A DNA stretch of 64,000 bases, from positions 1,503-65,502 of the forward strand of contig JAFWTK010000223.1 of assembly GCA_017518935.1 (NCBI GenBank), read 5' to 3'. Of the stretch, positions 9,947 through 21,025 are shown piece after piece; positions within the stretch are counted from its first letter, which is position 1, and each line of letters begins with the position of its first letter. Origin of the DNA: Prevotella sp. (GTDB lineage Bacteria; Bacteroidota; Bacteroidia; Bacteroidales; Bacteroidaceae). The translations under genes were made by a program, and so were the position numbers. The notes under the pieces are model-generated. The model was not told the DNA's origin. It did no database searches and worked only from the letters and a program-made list of their open reading frames with translations.

Positions 9947-11737
9947 ATGAAAAGAATACATTATTATATAGTATGCGCCTTCAGCGCAATCTGCGGTCTC
10001 TCTTCCTGCACAGATTTTTTGGAGATCAAACCTCAGAATGAAATTATCCTGGAGCAGTTCTGGAATGAAAAAGCCGATGTGGATGCCGTCATTGCAGGCT
10101 GTTATACAGGCTTGCAGGCAGAAGGAGTCATCAAACGCATGATGGTTTGGGGGGAGTTCCGCAGTGACAATATCGGCCCCGGCACCAACATTACTTCAGA
10201 CGGAAGCCTTGAGAAAGTTCTGAAGGAGAATATCGATGCCAAGAACACCTACACCAATTGGGGAGGATTCTACACCGTCATCAACCGTTGTAATACGGTC
10301 ATTAAGTATGCCCCCGGCGTGGCCGCCGACGACCCCGCCTATACGGAGAGTGAATTACAGGCAAACATCGCTGAAATGGTGGCACTCCGCAGTCTCTGCT
10401 ATTTCTATCTGATCCGTGCTTTCCGCGACGTGCCTTTCTCAAGAGAGGCCTACATCGATGATAGTCAGAAGATGGACCTGCCCGCCACCAAGTTTGATGA
10501 CGTACTTGATTCATTGATATACGACTTGGAAGGAGTACAGAACCAAGCCATCAAGCGCTATCCAGAGACAAAGGAACTCTACCAGACTGGACGCATCACG
10601 CAGGATGCTATCCATGCCCTGCTTTGCGAACTCTACCTCTGGAAGAAGGACTATGAGAAATGTGTCCGCTATGCCGACTTGGTTATAGAGTCGAAAAAGG
10701 CCATTGCTGAGGAGAACCGCCAAAAGCGTTCCAGTTCCTTCTCCAAAGAAGATACGGACGAGCGTTTTAATGGTTTCCCCTTGGTTTCCAACTCTACTTC
10801 AAACAGTTTTTTTGGTGATGCATATACCACTTTGTTCGGCAGAGATAGAGGCAATGTGGATGAAATAAATCAAGAGATTATCTTCCAATTGGTTTTCGAC
10901 GACAATCCAGGGGATAACGGTATGCTTGCCAATGGTGCCGTCAACTCCTTCTACGGTAACTCTAACGCTGCTATCGGCTTGGTGGCACCTTCTGACTACA
11001 TCTTCAGTGATATCCAAAAGACTTCGGATCGGAAAGTTTTTGCAGATCGCAACAAAAAACGCGATTCCCGCATGTATTACAACTGCCATCTGGAAGACCA
11101 GGCCATCTACAAATATACAACAACAACGATTGATATCGATGCTTCTCAAACAGGAGAGCAATTTAGTGGATATGGTACAACTCCAAGAATAACCTACGAT
11201 TCACGTTACTCGCAGAACCAAAATGGGTCTAACTGGATTATCTATCGCCTAACGGATATCATGCTTCTAAAGGCCGAAGCCCTTACACAGATGGTTCGTG
11301 AAGGCGATGACCAAGAAACCAACGAGTTTAACAAGTCTGTTTTAGACAGAGCCTTTACACTCGTCAATGCTGTCAACAAACGGGCCGTCTGTGAAAACCA
11401 ACTCGTAGACACACTTCTTAGGAATGAATACGTTAGTAAGAGCGATATGGAGACTTTAGTCCTCCAAGAGCGCCAGCGTGAACTGATGTTCGAAGGCAAG
11501 CGATGGTTTGATCTCGTCCGCCTCTCACAGCGTACTGGTAACACTTCAACATTGAAAGCGGCCGCACTGGCAAAAGCAACGATTGGCCAAGGATTGATCG
11601 GTAACCACCTAACCAAGATGGATGCCATCTATTGGCCCTATAATCTCGATGAGATGAAGGTCAATCTGAATCTAGTGCAGAATCCAGCCTTCGGCAGCGG
11701 TGAAAACGATAGTTACGAAAAGACGACTAAAAAATAA
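9947..11737 (+). CDS. SusD/RagB lipoprotein
   Basis: Lipobox LSSC; motifs YRLTDIMLLKAEA and ERQRELMFEGKRWFDLVR. Confidence 0.95.
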   Translation: MKRIHYYIVCAFSAICGLSSCTDFLEIKPQNEIILEQFWNEKADVDAVIAGCYTGLQAEGVIKRMMVWGEFRSDNIGPGTNITSDGSLEKVLKENIDAKNTYTNWGGFYTVINRCNTVIKYAPGVAADDPAYTESELQANIAEMVALRSLCYFYLIRAFRDVPFSREAYIDDSQKMDLPATKFDDVLDSLIYDLEGVQNQAIKRYPETKELYQTGRITQDAIHALLCELYLWKKDYEKCVRYADLVIESKKAIAEENRQKRSSSFSKEDTDERFNGFPLVSNSTSNSFFGDAYTTLFGRDRGNVDEINQEIIFQLVFDDNPGDNGMLANGAVNSFYGNSNAAIGLVAPSDYIFSDIQKTSDRKVFADRNKKRDSRMYYNCHLEDQAIYKYTTTTIDIDASQTGEQFSGYGTTPRITYDSRYSQNQNGSNWIIYRLTDIMLLKAEALTQMVREGDDQETNEFNKSVLDRAFTLVNAVNKRAVCENQLVDTLLRNEYVSKSDMETLVLQERQRELMFEGKRWFDLVRLSQRTGNTSTLKAAALAKATIGQGLIGNHLTKMDAIYWPYNLDEMKVNLNLVQNPAFGSGENDSYEKTTKK

Positions 11738-13836
11738 TGAACAATATGAGACGTAATAATATATTCAAAGGATTTCTGGGAGGATTGCTCATAGCAATGC
11801 TAACTCCCCTCAATACACTGATACTGACCAGTTGCTCAGACGAGCCTGACAGCGAGTATTTCTACACCTTTACAGGTGAGATGATGAGTGACTGGTTAAA
11901 AAATCGTCCGGAGGAATACAGTGAGTTTACTGAGATTGTAGAAAGGGCTGGTCTGATGAGCCTCCTTGCCTCTTATGGACATTACACTTGCTTCGCGCCG
12001 TCAAATGACGCTGTGGACAAATTCCTTCGGGGTCGTGGCCTCAGTAGTGTTTCCCAGTTGAGCGATGCTGACTGTGATACCATTGCGCGTACACATCTGG
12101 TATCTTATATGTACACCACATACGATATGATCGGACACAAGTTGCCGACGGTGAACATGATGAACCGCTATTTGGGAACTGAACCTGGTTTCGACAACGA
12201 CAGCAATGCAGTCATTGTTCTTGAAGGAATGGCACACATCAAATTCGATCTAAAGGATGATTCGGTAGAGAACGGTGTCATGCAGCCTATAGATATGGTT
12301 GTTGAAAAATCGAACAGTTACATCGCAGACATTATACGAGAGAATCCTAAGATCAGTATATTCTATAAAGCCTTAGTATCTACAGGTGTCATTAACGATG
12401 TGATGCTGGTGGAGGATGAAAATTATGATCCTAAGAAGTATGAGGATTATTACACTACCACAGGCGCTTCTGAATCAAATAAAAAGAGGTATGAAGTTCC
12501 TGACACCAAGAAATACGGCTACACATTCTTTGTTGAGACAGACTCATTATTAGAGGCGAAATACGGGATAAAAGATATCAAGGGGCTCTACGACAAGGCC
12601 TGTGAAATCTATGATAAAGTCTATCCACAGGATATCAGCGCCCCAGGCCATAGTTTTGAGAATCTTACGGATAGTGTCAACCCACTGCGCCGTTTCATCC
12701 AGTACCACATTCTGAACATGATTGCTGCTGGTCCAGATGACCTAACGCCATTGGACGTTCCTTCAACCGTCATGTCGGAAAAGTTCACCGGTGCAATCAG
12801 TATTGATGAGACCCGTATTAATCCCAGTGACTGGCATTACACTCTCCTTCCTCACAAGATGATTAAGGTTGATAGGATTACCGTTGCTAAATATCTGGGC
12901 GGGTGTAAGTCCGGCGATTATTATATCAACCGACGTTATGATGAAAAGGAGCAATTCCTGGGCCAGCGCATTGATCCTACGGATAATGATGGCTATAAAC
13001 ATGATGGAATCAATGGTCACTACTTTTATGTTGATGACATCGTAGCCTTCAATATAGATGTCAAAGAAAGAATACACAATCAGCGTATCCGTATGGACTT
13101 CAACACCATATTCCCAGAATTTATCACGAATAATCTTCGCATATTAGGAGACCCGAGGCAGTGGGATAGTAATGAAGAGAAATACGGCCGCAACTGGCAG
13201 TTCCCAGAGGGGTATCTTGACGGTGTGAAATTCACTAACTGCAAATTCTTATGGGTAAGACCTCGGGCATTAGCAGATATCTACATGTGGGATGAATTTG
13301 ACCTTTATGGAGATTATGACTTCTCGTTCCGCCTGCCGCCTGTTCCGTTCGACGGTGAATGGCAGATTCGTCTGGGCTTCACAGCCCAATCAACTCGTGG
13401 TGTCGCTCAAATTTACATTGACGACGTACCACAAGGTATTCCTCTTGACATGACCTGGGATCTTGCCACAGACTACTACATCGGCGAAGATGATTATATC
13501 ACAAGTATCAGCACATACGACGGTTTGTCAGATGAGGATAAAGCCGAATACCAGAAAGAACTAAAGAACCTCGGTGTCTATACATATCCGCGCACTATCT
13601 TCCGTAATGATGGTAATAGTGGTAACGTCGGCTGGGATTGCGTGTCCAAGATTTGTATACGTCGTGTTATCAGCCAGACGTATCTTGATTCTACCAAGGA
13701 TCATTATATGAGACTTAGGGTAGCCTCCTACGGATCACAAGGTAACAAAAACGAGTTTGCACTCGACTTCCTTGAACTGGTACCAAAGAGTGTCTTTGGC
13801 ACTGATGGCGAGGGTGATATAGAAGACGACCTCTAA
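11737..13836 (+). CDS. Fasciclin-domain lipoprotein
   Basis: Lipobox LTSC; FAS1 motifs YTCFAPSNDA and YTFFVETD. Start overlaps the susD stop (TAATG). Confidence 0.8.
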   Translation: MNNMRRNNIFKGFLGGLLIAMLTPLNTLILTSCSDEPDSEYFYTFTGEMMSDWLKNRPEEYSEFTEIVERAGLMSLLASYGHYTCFAPSNDAVDKFLRGRGLSSVSQLSDADCDTIARTHLVSYMYTTYDMIGHKLPTVNMMNRYLGTEPGFDNDSNAVIVLEGMAHIKFDLKDDSVENGVMQPIDMVVEKSNSYIADIIRENPKISIFYKALVSTGVINDVMLVEDENYDPKKYEDYYTTTGASESNKKRYEVPDTKKYGYTFFVETDSLLEAKYGIKDIKGLYDKACEIYDKVYPQDISAPGHSFENLTDSVNPLRRFIQYHILNMIAAGPDDLTPLDVPSTVMSEKFTGAISIDETRINPSDWHYTLLPHKMIKVDRITVAKYLGGCKSGDYYINRRYDEKEQFLGQRIDPTDNDGYKHDGINGHYFYVDDIVAFNIDVKERIHNQRIRMDFNTIFPEFITNNLRILGDPRQWDSNEEKYGRNWQFPEGYLDGVKFTNCKFLWVRPRALADIYMWDEFDLYGDYDFSFRLPPVPFDGEWQIRLGFTAQSTRGVAQIYIDDVPQGIPLDMTWDLATDYYIGEDDYITSISTYDGLSDEDKAEYQKELKNLGVYTYPRTIFRNDGNSGNVGWDCVSKICIRRVISQTYLDSTKDHYMRLRVASYGSQGNKNEFALDFLELVPKSVFGTDGEGDIEDDL

Positions 13837-13869
13837 GAATTAGTAATTAGAAATTATAAATTAGAAAAT

Positions 13870-15675
13870 ATGATTACTTCTAATATATATAATAAGGTGT
13901 TGGGACTGGCATTGGCAGTCATCACCTTTGCGGCCTGCTCCGACACATGGAACGACCACTTTGAAAATAAAGGCAAGGATATGAAAGACTATACGCTCTG
14001 GGAAGGCATCTCGCAAAACAGTAACCTGAGCAACTTTGCCAAGGTGATTAAGGGATGCGATTTTGACAAGTCACTTTCCAGTAGCCAGGTGTTTACAGTC
14101 TTCGCCCCTACCAACGAACATTTCTCCGCACAAGAAGCCGACGAACTGATTGCGGCCTATAACGCAGAGAAAGGCAAGGTGAACGAAGAAGACAATACTG
14201 TCATTAAGGAGTTTATACATAACCATATTGCTATGTATAACCACTCCATCTATGAGGCCAGTAGCGACTCACTCTTGATGATGAATGGCAAGAGGACCAA
14301 ACTGACAACCACTTCGTTTGGAAACAATCCTATCTTGACGAAAAACGAACTCTATAGTAATGGTATTCTTTTCACTATTGATGGGAAAGCAGATTTTGCT
14401 ACTAATATCTTCGAGTATCTGCGTAAGGATGCTGATCTTGACAGCGTGAGCAATTTCTTTTACAGCAATCACTTCTATCACCATGAGTTTATTCCTGGGC
14501 GAAGCATTGCCGGCGGAATCATCGACGGAAAGACCTTCTATCTTGACTCCGTCTTTGTACAGCGAAATGATCTTTTCAACTTCCTCGATGCAGAACTGAA
14601 CGAAGAGGATAGCACCTATTGGATGGTTGCACCTACGAATACAGAATGGAAGAAGTTGCTTGACGAATACCAGCCCTATTTCAATTATGACAATCAAGTA
14701 AGATTCCGTGATTCCATGATGTACACATCTCCCCGTCTGGCCATCATGAGAGGAACCATCTTCAGCCGGACACTCAATACAGATACGCACTTGACGGACT
14801 CCGCCCGTTCTACAAATGCATCATATTCATACGTCAATCGCCAACGTATGTGGGGTAGCAACAACTTCCACTATTATCAATATGGAGGTATTTCTGCCAC
14901 CAACACACAGAAACCGTTTGGCCAAGAAGGTATCTTCAATGGTACCGAGAATATCCAGTGCACCAATGGTCAGGTGATGAAAACAAACAACTGGCGAATT
15001 AACAAACTGAACACCTTCTACCAATGTATTATCGTCGAGGCAGAGGATCGAGGCAGCATCAAAGAGATAAGTAAGTTTACAGATTCTAAAACAAATGAAG
15101 AGGTGGGAAGTGTTACACCAATTACTCGTCGTATCCTCAACAATAACTCATACTATGGTAAAGTGTGGGGAGATGCATTTGTGGAATTTGAAGAAGCCAC
15201 CAATGAGGGTAAAATCCAACACGCAGTGACTTTCAATATTATGGATGTACTTTCCAACATCGGTTATGACATCTATCTTGTCACCGCTCCCGCACTCGCC
15301 AATGATAGTAATGCCACCGAGGCCCAGCGTCGCCCAACCCAACTGAAGTGCACCCTGAGTTATCATGATCAAGACGGTAATTCGAAGAATCAAGTTCTTG
15401 GGGACAAAATAACTACAAATCCTGACGAGATGGGCTATATACTGCTTGCAGAAGACTTTAAATTCCCATGCAGTTCATGGGGCTTAGTAGAGGCTGAGCC
15501 ACAGGTAACGCTGACTGTAGCAACCAACGTGGCCAGAAAAGGAACTACATGGACCAAAACGATGAGGATTGACTGCATCATGCTTGTGCCTCACGGTATC
15601 GCCACAGTTGATGAAGAACGTTTTACCATAGAGCCTCATGGTGATGGCGACATCTACTACAGGTTGAAGAAATAA
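13870..15675 (+). CDS. Fasciclin-domain lipoprotein
   Basis: Lipobox FAAC; FAS1 motifs FTVFAPTNE, NGILFTID and YWMVAPTN. Confidence 0.78.
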   Translation: MITSNIYNKVLGLALAVITFAACSDTWNDHFENKGKDMKDYTLWEGISQNSNLSNFAKVIKGCDFDKSLSSSQVFTVFAPTNEHFSAQEADELIAAYNAEKGKVNEEDNTVIKEFIHNHIAMYNHSIYEASSDSLLMMNGKRTKLTTTSFGNNPILTKNELYSNGILFTIDGKADFATNIFEYLRKDADLDSVSNFFYSNHFYHHEFIPGRSIAGGIIDGKTFYLDSVFVQRNDLFNFLDAELNEEDSTYWMVAPTNTEWKKLLDEYQPYFNYDNQVRFRDSMMYTSPRLAIMRGTIFSRTLNTDTHLTDSARSTNASYSYVNRQRMWGSNNFHYYQYGGISATNTQKPFGQEGIFNGTENIQCTNGQVMKTNNWRINKLNTFYQCIIVEAEDRGSIKEISKFTDSKTNEEVGSVTPITRRILNNNSYYGKVWGDAFVEFEEATNEGKIQHAVTFNIMDVLSNIGYDIYLVTAPALANDSNATEAQRRPTQLKCTLSYHDQDGNSKNQVLGDKITTNPDEMGYILLAEDFKFPCSSWGLVEAEPQVTLTVATNVARKGTTWTKTMRIDCIMLVPHGIATVDEERFTIEPHGDGDIYYRLKK

Positions 15676-15707
15676 TGTTATAGTATGAATATAATAACTG
15701 TAAGGAT

Positions 15708-18700
15708 ATGAAAAAAATCATTATATTAGGACTTACACTGCTGATGACTTTCCCGTTAAGCATCACAGCCCAGGACGAGGACACTGAGTCTGAGGACCTC
15801 ATCGAGACCCTTGCCCGCAAGTTGAAGCCCAAGTACAAGCAGTATCCCACGAGAACCATCTGCGGACGTGTTTTGAATGCCACTACAGGGCAGCCTATCG
15901 CAGGTACGATTGTCAGTGCCGACGATGTAGAAGGCTATAGTACGCTCACTGAGGAAAACGGCTTCTACAAGTTAGATGTTCCCACTTTTACCACGTCAGT
16001 CTATATCAATATGCCAGACTTCAATCCTGTACGTCTGGGACTATTAAACCAAGAGGATCAGCGTGAAGTAAGACTCTATCCGGTGGCCTTCTCTGCAGAA
16101 TACGAGAAGCAGATTAATGTGCGTGGCGACTACAGCACCAAGGATTTTGCTTACACCAACTCCGTCAACATCAAGGACGAGGTTCAGAAGCATCTAGGTG
16201 CCCAAGTCTACAGCGTAACCCGAAACGGTACGCCAGGTATCGGCAATGTGATGTTCGTACAGGGACTGAACTCCCTGAATGTCAACGCTCAGCCATTGGT
16301 CATCGTCGACGACGTCATCATCGACCAGCAGTATGGTCGCACGATGCTACATGAGGGGTTCTTCAACGACATCCTTTCGACCATCAATCCGTCGGATATT
16401 GAGAAAGTGACCGTCATGCGCAATGGAACGGCTCTCTATGGTGCCAAGGGTGCCAATGGTGTTATTTTCGTCCAGACCAAACGCAACAAATCGATGGCCA
16501 CCCGAATCACGGCCAACGCCTCAGTAGGAGTCAGCCTTCAACCGAAATATCTCTCTATGATGGATGCAGGACAGTACCGCAGTTATGCTTCGGAACTCTT
16601 GAAGACCACAAACACCCGCAACCGTACCTTCAAGTTCCTCAATGAGGATCCTGGCTACTATTATTATAAACAGTACCATCAGAACACAGACTGGAAGGAT
16701 TATGTGTATCATACAGCCATGACACAGAACTATGGTATCAATGTCGAAGGTGGTGATGCTGTAGCCAACTATAGCCTTTCTGTCGGCTACGTCAACCAGC
16801 AGAGCACGCTGAGATACAATGACATGGACCGTCTGAACATCCGTTTCAATACCGACATCTCACTCAGCGAGCGCTTTAAGATCCGCTTCGATGCTTCTTT
16901 CGGTAATATCACCCGTAACATACGAAATGATGGTGCGCCTGCCACATACGATGAAGGTACGCCGACGGCCCCAGGATTCTTAGCGTACGCCAAGAGCCCC
17001 TTCCTCAGCCCCTATAGTTTCGGCCGCGGAGAGTTATCAAAGACCCACTATGACATCGATGAAGAGTCATACCTTTCCGAGGCATTAGCCAACTATAAGA
17101 ATTATAACTGGCAGTTGGGTAACCCTGCGGCCATCAACGAATATAGTGAGGCCGAGAACAAGAACCGCTTGGAGAACTCCATGCTGAACCTGACGGTAAC
17201 CCCCTCATACAGGCTGAGCCATAATCTGACGATCTCCGAGCACTTCAGTTATAATCTGGTCAACACTAACGAAATCTTCTATATTCCTGTTAGCGGAACA
17301 CCGAGTTACTATGTTAGCAGTATCGGTGCCTACCGCGACAACGAAGTACGTTCTCTGGCTTCCAAGCAGAACTCCGTCATGAGTGACACTCGCCTCGACT
17401 GGAGCAACCGCTACAATGCCCACTTCGTTCACCTTTTCGGCGGTGCACGCATCAACTGGGAGTCATATTCAATGACCTCCATGTTAGGATACAACACCGG
17501 TAACGATAAACAGCCATTCATGAAGTCGAGCCTGGCAAACACCAACGACTTTGGTACCAGTGACAACTGGAATTCGTTAGCCTGGTATGCTCAAGGAGAG
17601 TACAACTATATGAACCGCTATTTCCTGCAAGCCAATCTGACGGTAGAAGGATCCTCACGCTTCGGACGTGACGGTGGAAATTTCCGTATGTTCGACGCTG
17701 CCTGGGGTGTTTTCCCCGGTGTGCAGGTTTCATGGGTCATTAGCAACGAGTCCTGGATGGCCAAAGTTTATCCTATCAACTACCTGCGTATTACTGCCGG
17801 CTTCGATGTTAGCGGTAACGATGATATCGACTACTATGCCGCCCGTAGTTTCTTCAGTGCCTCACAGTTCCTTAACACGATCTCAGGTCTGACATTCGCA
17901 GGTATCGGCAACTCAGAAATCCAGTGGGAGACAACGCGCCGCTTCAATATCGGCTTAGAAACGAACTTGTTCAACAACCGTTTAAGTCTCAGTGCAAACT
18001 ATTTCCGTTCCAATACCGATAACTTGCTGACTAGTCAGTCTTTGGGATTCCTCAGCGGTCTTAGTGAAAACTGGACAAACGACGGAAAACTGAAGAACCA
18101 GGGCTTCGACGTTTCGGTAGGACTCAAGGTACTCGCACTCAAGAATCTGCAATGGGAAGTGGGTGGTAGTGTAGGTCATTACAAGAATGAGATTACCCAA
18201 CTGCCCGAAGGCCAGACCTTCATTGACAACGAGGTCTATGGTGCCACCATCCGTACTCAGGTGGGGCAGGCTGCCAACCTCTTCTACGGTTTTAAGTCGC
18301 TTGGTGTCTTCTCCAAGACTGAAGAGGCAGAGGCTGCCGGTCTCTATATCCTCGGAGAGAATGGTATCGACCGCACCTATTTTAAGGCTGGTGACATTCA
18401 TTTTGCCGACCTGAACGGAGACCATCAGATTACCGAGGCAGACCGTACGTTCATTGGTGATCCAAACCCCGACATCTACGGTAACATCTTTACAGCCGTT
18501 ACCTATAAGCACTTGAAATTGGATTTCCGTTTCAACTACTCTTTAGGCAATGATGTCTATAATTATCAACGTTCACAACTGGAAGGCGGTAACCGCTTCA
18601 TGAATCAGACAACAGCCCTTATCCGTCGCTGGCAGGTTGAAGGTCAGCAGACCGACATTCCACAGATTACATTCCAGGATCCTATGGGCAACTCCCGCTT

Positions 18701-18956
18701 TAGCGACCGTTGGATTGAAGACGGTAGTTATCTGCGCCTGAAGAGCGTTACCCTGAGTTATGACCTACCGCTCCAGAACGAGTACCTGCAGGGTCTGCAA
18801 TTCTGGATTCAGGCCAATAATGTATTTACTCTAACGAAGTATCTTGGCAGTGATCCTGAATTCACAATGACCTCCAGTGTCATCGGTCAGGGTATTGATG
18901 TCGGCCAACTCAGTCAGAGTCGTTCTTTCGTAGCAGGAATCAAGATTAAGTTGTAA
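15708..18956 (+). CDS. SusC/RagA TonB-dependent transporter (second copy)
   Basis: Motifs NPSDIEKVTV, ALYGAKGANGVI and SDRWIEDGSYLRLK. Confidence 0.95.
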   Translation: MKKIIILGLTLLMTFPLSITAQDEDTESEDLIETLARKLKPKYKQYPTRTICGRVLNATTGQPIAGTIVSADDVEGYSTLTEENGFYKLDVPTFTTSVYINMPDFNPVRLGLLNQEDQREVRLYPVAFSAEYEKQINVRGDYSTKDFAYTNSVNIKDEVQKHLGAQVYSVTRNGTPGIGNVMFVQGLNSLNVNAQPLVIVDDVIIDQQYGRTMLHEGFFNDILSTINPSDIEKVTVMRNGTALYGAKGANGVIFVQTKRNKSMATRITANASVGVSLQPKYLSMMDAGQYRSYASELLKTTNTRNRTFKFLNEDPGYYYYKQYHQNTDWKDYVYHTAMTQNYGINVEGGDAVANYSLSVGYVNQQSTLRYNDMDRLNIRFNTDISLSERFKIRFDASFGNITRNIRNDGAPATYDEGTPTAPGFLAYAKSPFLSPYSFGRGELSKTHYDIDEESYLSEALANYKNYNWQLGNPAAINEYSEAENKNRLENSMLNLTVTPSYRLSHNLTISEHFSYNLVNTNEIFYIPVSGTPSYYVSSIGAYRDNEVRSLASKQNSVMSDTRLDWSNRYNAHFVHLFGGARINWESYSMTSMLGYNTGNDKQPFMKSSLANTNDFGTSDNWNSLAWYAQGEYNYMNRYFLQANLTVEGSSRFGRDGGNFRMFDAAWGVFPGVQVSWVISNESWMAKVYPINYLRITAGFDVSGNDDIDYYAARSFFSASQFLNTISGLTFAGIGNSEIQWETTRRFNIGLETNLFNNRLSLSANYFRSNTDNLLTSQSLGFLSGLSENWTNDGKLKNQGFDVSVGLKVLALKNLQWEVGGSVGHYKNEITQLPEGQTFIDNEVYGATIRTQVGQAANLFYGFKSLGVFSKTEEAEAAGLYILGENGIDRTYFKAGDIHFADLNGDHQITEADRTFIGDPNPDIYGNIFTAVTYKHLKLDFRFNYSLGNDVYNYQRSQLEGGNRFMNQTTALIRRWQVEGQQTDIPQITFQDPMGNSRFSDRWIEDGSYLRLKSVTLSYDLPLQNEYLQGLQFWIQANNVFTLTKYLGSDPEFTMTSSVIGQGIDVGQLSQSRSFVAGIKIKL

Positions 18957-18986
18957 TTAAGGATTAATAATTTAGAATTAATAATT

Positions 18987-20852
18987 ATGATTACTAAGAT
19001 ATTTAAATTCATCTTCGCAATCTGCGCAGTCTGCGGCATGGCCTCATGCTCCGATTTCTTCGACCAGCAGTCAGAGCACGTTGTCTTTACCGAAAATAAT
19101 AAACTGGATAATCCGACAGACACCATTTACAGTGTCATTGGTATCCTCAACAAACTGCAGTCCATTGCCGACCGCACCATCCTGCTTGGAGAAGTACGCG
19201 GCGACCTTGTCGATATTACCAATGCAGCCAATAGCGACCTTCGCGACGTGGCTCTGTTCAATATCGGGGATGACAACCGCTACAACCAGCCGCGCGACTA
19301 CTACGCCATCATTAACAACTGCAATTACTTTATCGCAAATGTTGATACTGTCATGAAGAATAACCGTAATGAGTATGTCTTCATGAGAGAGTATGCGGCT
19401 GTAAAAAGCATCCGCGCCTGGACCTATCTGCAACTGGTACTCAATTACGGCAGCGTCCCGTTCGTTACTGATCCTATTCTCAATAAGGCCGATGCTGAAA
19501 AGAACTTCCCAAAGTATGACCTTCAGGCTGTATGTGAGTATTTCATTCAGGATCTTGCACCACTGACCGACCGTTGGGGCAACGAATATCCCGAATATGG
19601 AACTATCCGCAACAATGCCTCACGCCTATTCTACTTCCCGCTCAACATCGTACTCGGTGACCTGAACCTGTGGTTAGCAAGTAAGACAAATAATCAAGCC
19701 ACCTACCGTGAGGCAGCCATGCGCTATTACAAATACATTAATGAACGTAATGGTAACAACTCATCTTATCCCATTGGCTTAGGCCTTTATACATGGGCAC
19801 CAGGTTCTGGAGACTGGAACAGGCCAGAACGCAGTATTAGTTCAGGAAGCCTCACCTCAGAGACTACAGGTACCAACGCTGAGATTATCACCATGATTGC
19901 TGGTGACTCTATCCCAGCAGAAGGTCATTATAGCGAACTGCGTAATCTCTTCAACTCACAAATGGATAACGACTACCGTGCCAGCATCGTACCTTCGACC
20001 AATATGTTCGATTTGTCAAGTAGTCAAATCCATTGCTGTGTGGGAACAAACGGAACCACCTTCTATTATGCACCTTCAGAACTGCCCAATTTCATGTCGG
20101 GTGATTTGCGATTGTATCAGTATTATAGTGAAGGTGTCACAACCGACCGTTTGTCAGGCGAACGCATTGAGACGTGTTACAATGATAAATATACGTCCCA
20201 GAACGTCCATATTTATCGCCGCCAGATGCTCTATCTGCGATTAGCCGAAGCCCTGAATGGTGCAGGATTCCCACGTGCAGCCTTCAGTATGCTTTCAACA
20301 GGTCTTAACAATGATGTCATAAGACAATATGTTCTTCCTTATTGTTCACAAAGCGACTCTACATGGATTAGCCGTCTCAGTTTCCCAAGGGAGAGATACG
20401 GCATCTACACCGTCGATGAGTTGGCAACCAATCGCACTGAGGATAACCACAACACTCTTGGCATCCATACCCGCGGCTCTGGCTGGACACCATTTAACGA
20501 ATACTATCAACTGCTAGACAATCCTCTTCCAGAGGTTGAGTATGACGAGAATGGGGATCCCATCATCATTCCTATTCCAAAAGACACGCCAGAACTGACC
20601 CAAAAGCAGCAAGCCTTCGTCGATAGTCTGCTGCTCAACGAGTGTGGTTTGGAACTGGCCTTCGAAGGAACCCGCTTCTACGACATCATGCGTTTTGCTT
20701 TCCGCCAGCCCAATCCTGGAGACTTCTTGGCCCGTCAGATTTATGGCCGCCGCGGCAAGGAGAACATCGGAATCATGCGTAGTGAGATCAAGAAAGACCT
20801 CACCGACGAACGCAACTGGTATCTCCAGTGGAACGGACAAATAGGTATGTAA
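18987..20852 (+). CDS. SusD/RagB lipoprotein (second copy)
   Basis: Lipobox MASC; motifs LYLRLAEA and ELAFEGTRFYDIMR. Confidence 0.93.
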   Translation: MITKIFKFIFAICAVCGMASCSDFFDQQSEHVVFTENNKLDNPTDTIYSVIGILNKLQSIADRTILLGEVRGDLVDITNAANSDLRDVALFNIGDDNRYNQPRDYYAIINNCNYFIANVDTVMKNNRNEYVFMREYAAVKSIRAWTYLQLVLNYGSVPFVTDPILNKADAEKNFPKYDLQAVCEYFIQDLAPLTDRWGNEYPEYGTIRNNASRLFYFPLNIVLGDLNLWLASKTNNQATYREAAMRYYKYINERNGNNSSYPIGLGLYTWAPGSGDWNRPERSISSGSLTSETTGTNAEIITMIAGDSIPAEGHYSELRNLFNSQMDNDYRASIVPSTNMFDLSSSQIHCCVGTNGTTFYYAPSELPNFMSGDLRLYQYYSEGVTTDRLSGERIETCYNDKYTSQNVHIYRRQMLYLRLAEALNGAGFPRAAFSMLSTGLNNDVIRQYVLPYCSQSDSTWISRLSFPRERYGIYTVDELATNRTEDNHNTLGIHTRGSGWTPFNEYYQLLDNPLPEVEYDENGDPIIIPIPKDTPELTQKQQAFVDSLLLNECGLELAFEGTRFYDIMRFAFRQPNPGDFLARQIYGRRGKENIGIMRSEIKKDLTDERNWYLQWNGQIGM

Positions 20853-20868
20853 TACTTATCTTTCTAAC

Positions 20869-20948
20869 TACATTGTCGCTGCTATCACATGCGACAATGT
20901 AAGAATATGTCAATTGCATGCGTTTTACCGCGTGCAATTGACATTTTT
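20869..20948 (+). terminator. Two tandem hairpins ending the SusCD locus
   Basis: TACATTGTCGC/GCGACAATGTA (20869-20901) and ATGTCAATTGCATGCG/CGCGTGCAATTGACAT (20907-20944), followed by a T run. Confidence 0.7.
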
Positions 20949-21001
20949 ATGCAAAAAGACGTGAGATTATTGCGGTTTGTCGGATATTTGCAGTAACTTT
21001 G
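20940..21001 (+). promoter_or_regulatory. argD promoter with candidate ARG box
   Basis: TAACTTTG at 20994-21001. GACATTTTTATGCA (20940-20953; reverse complement TGCATAAAAATGTC) resembles the boxes upstream of argR. Confidence 0.5.
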
Positions 21002-21025
21002 CATCCGATTATAAGACTAAACGAT

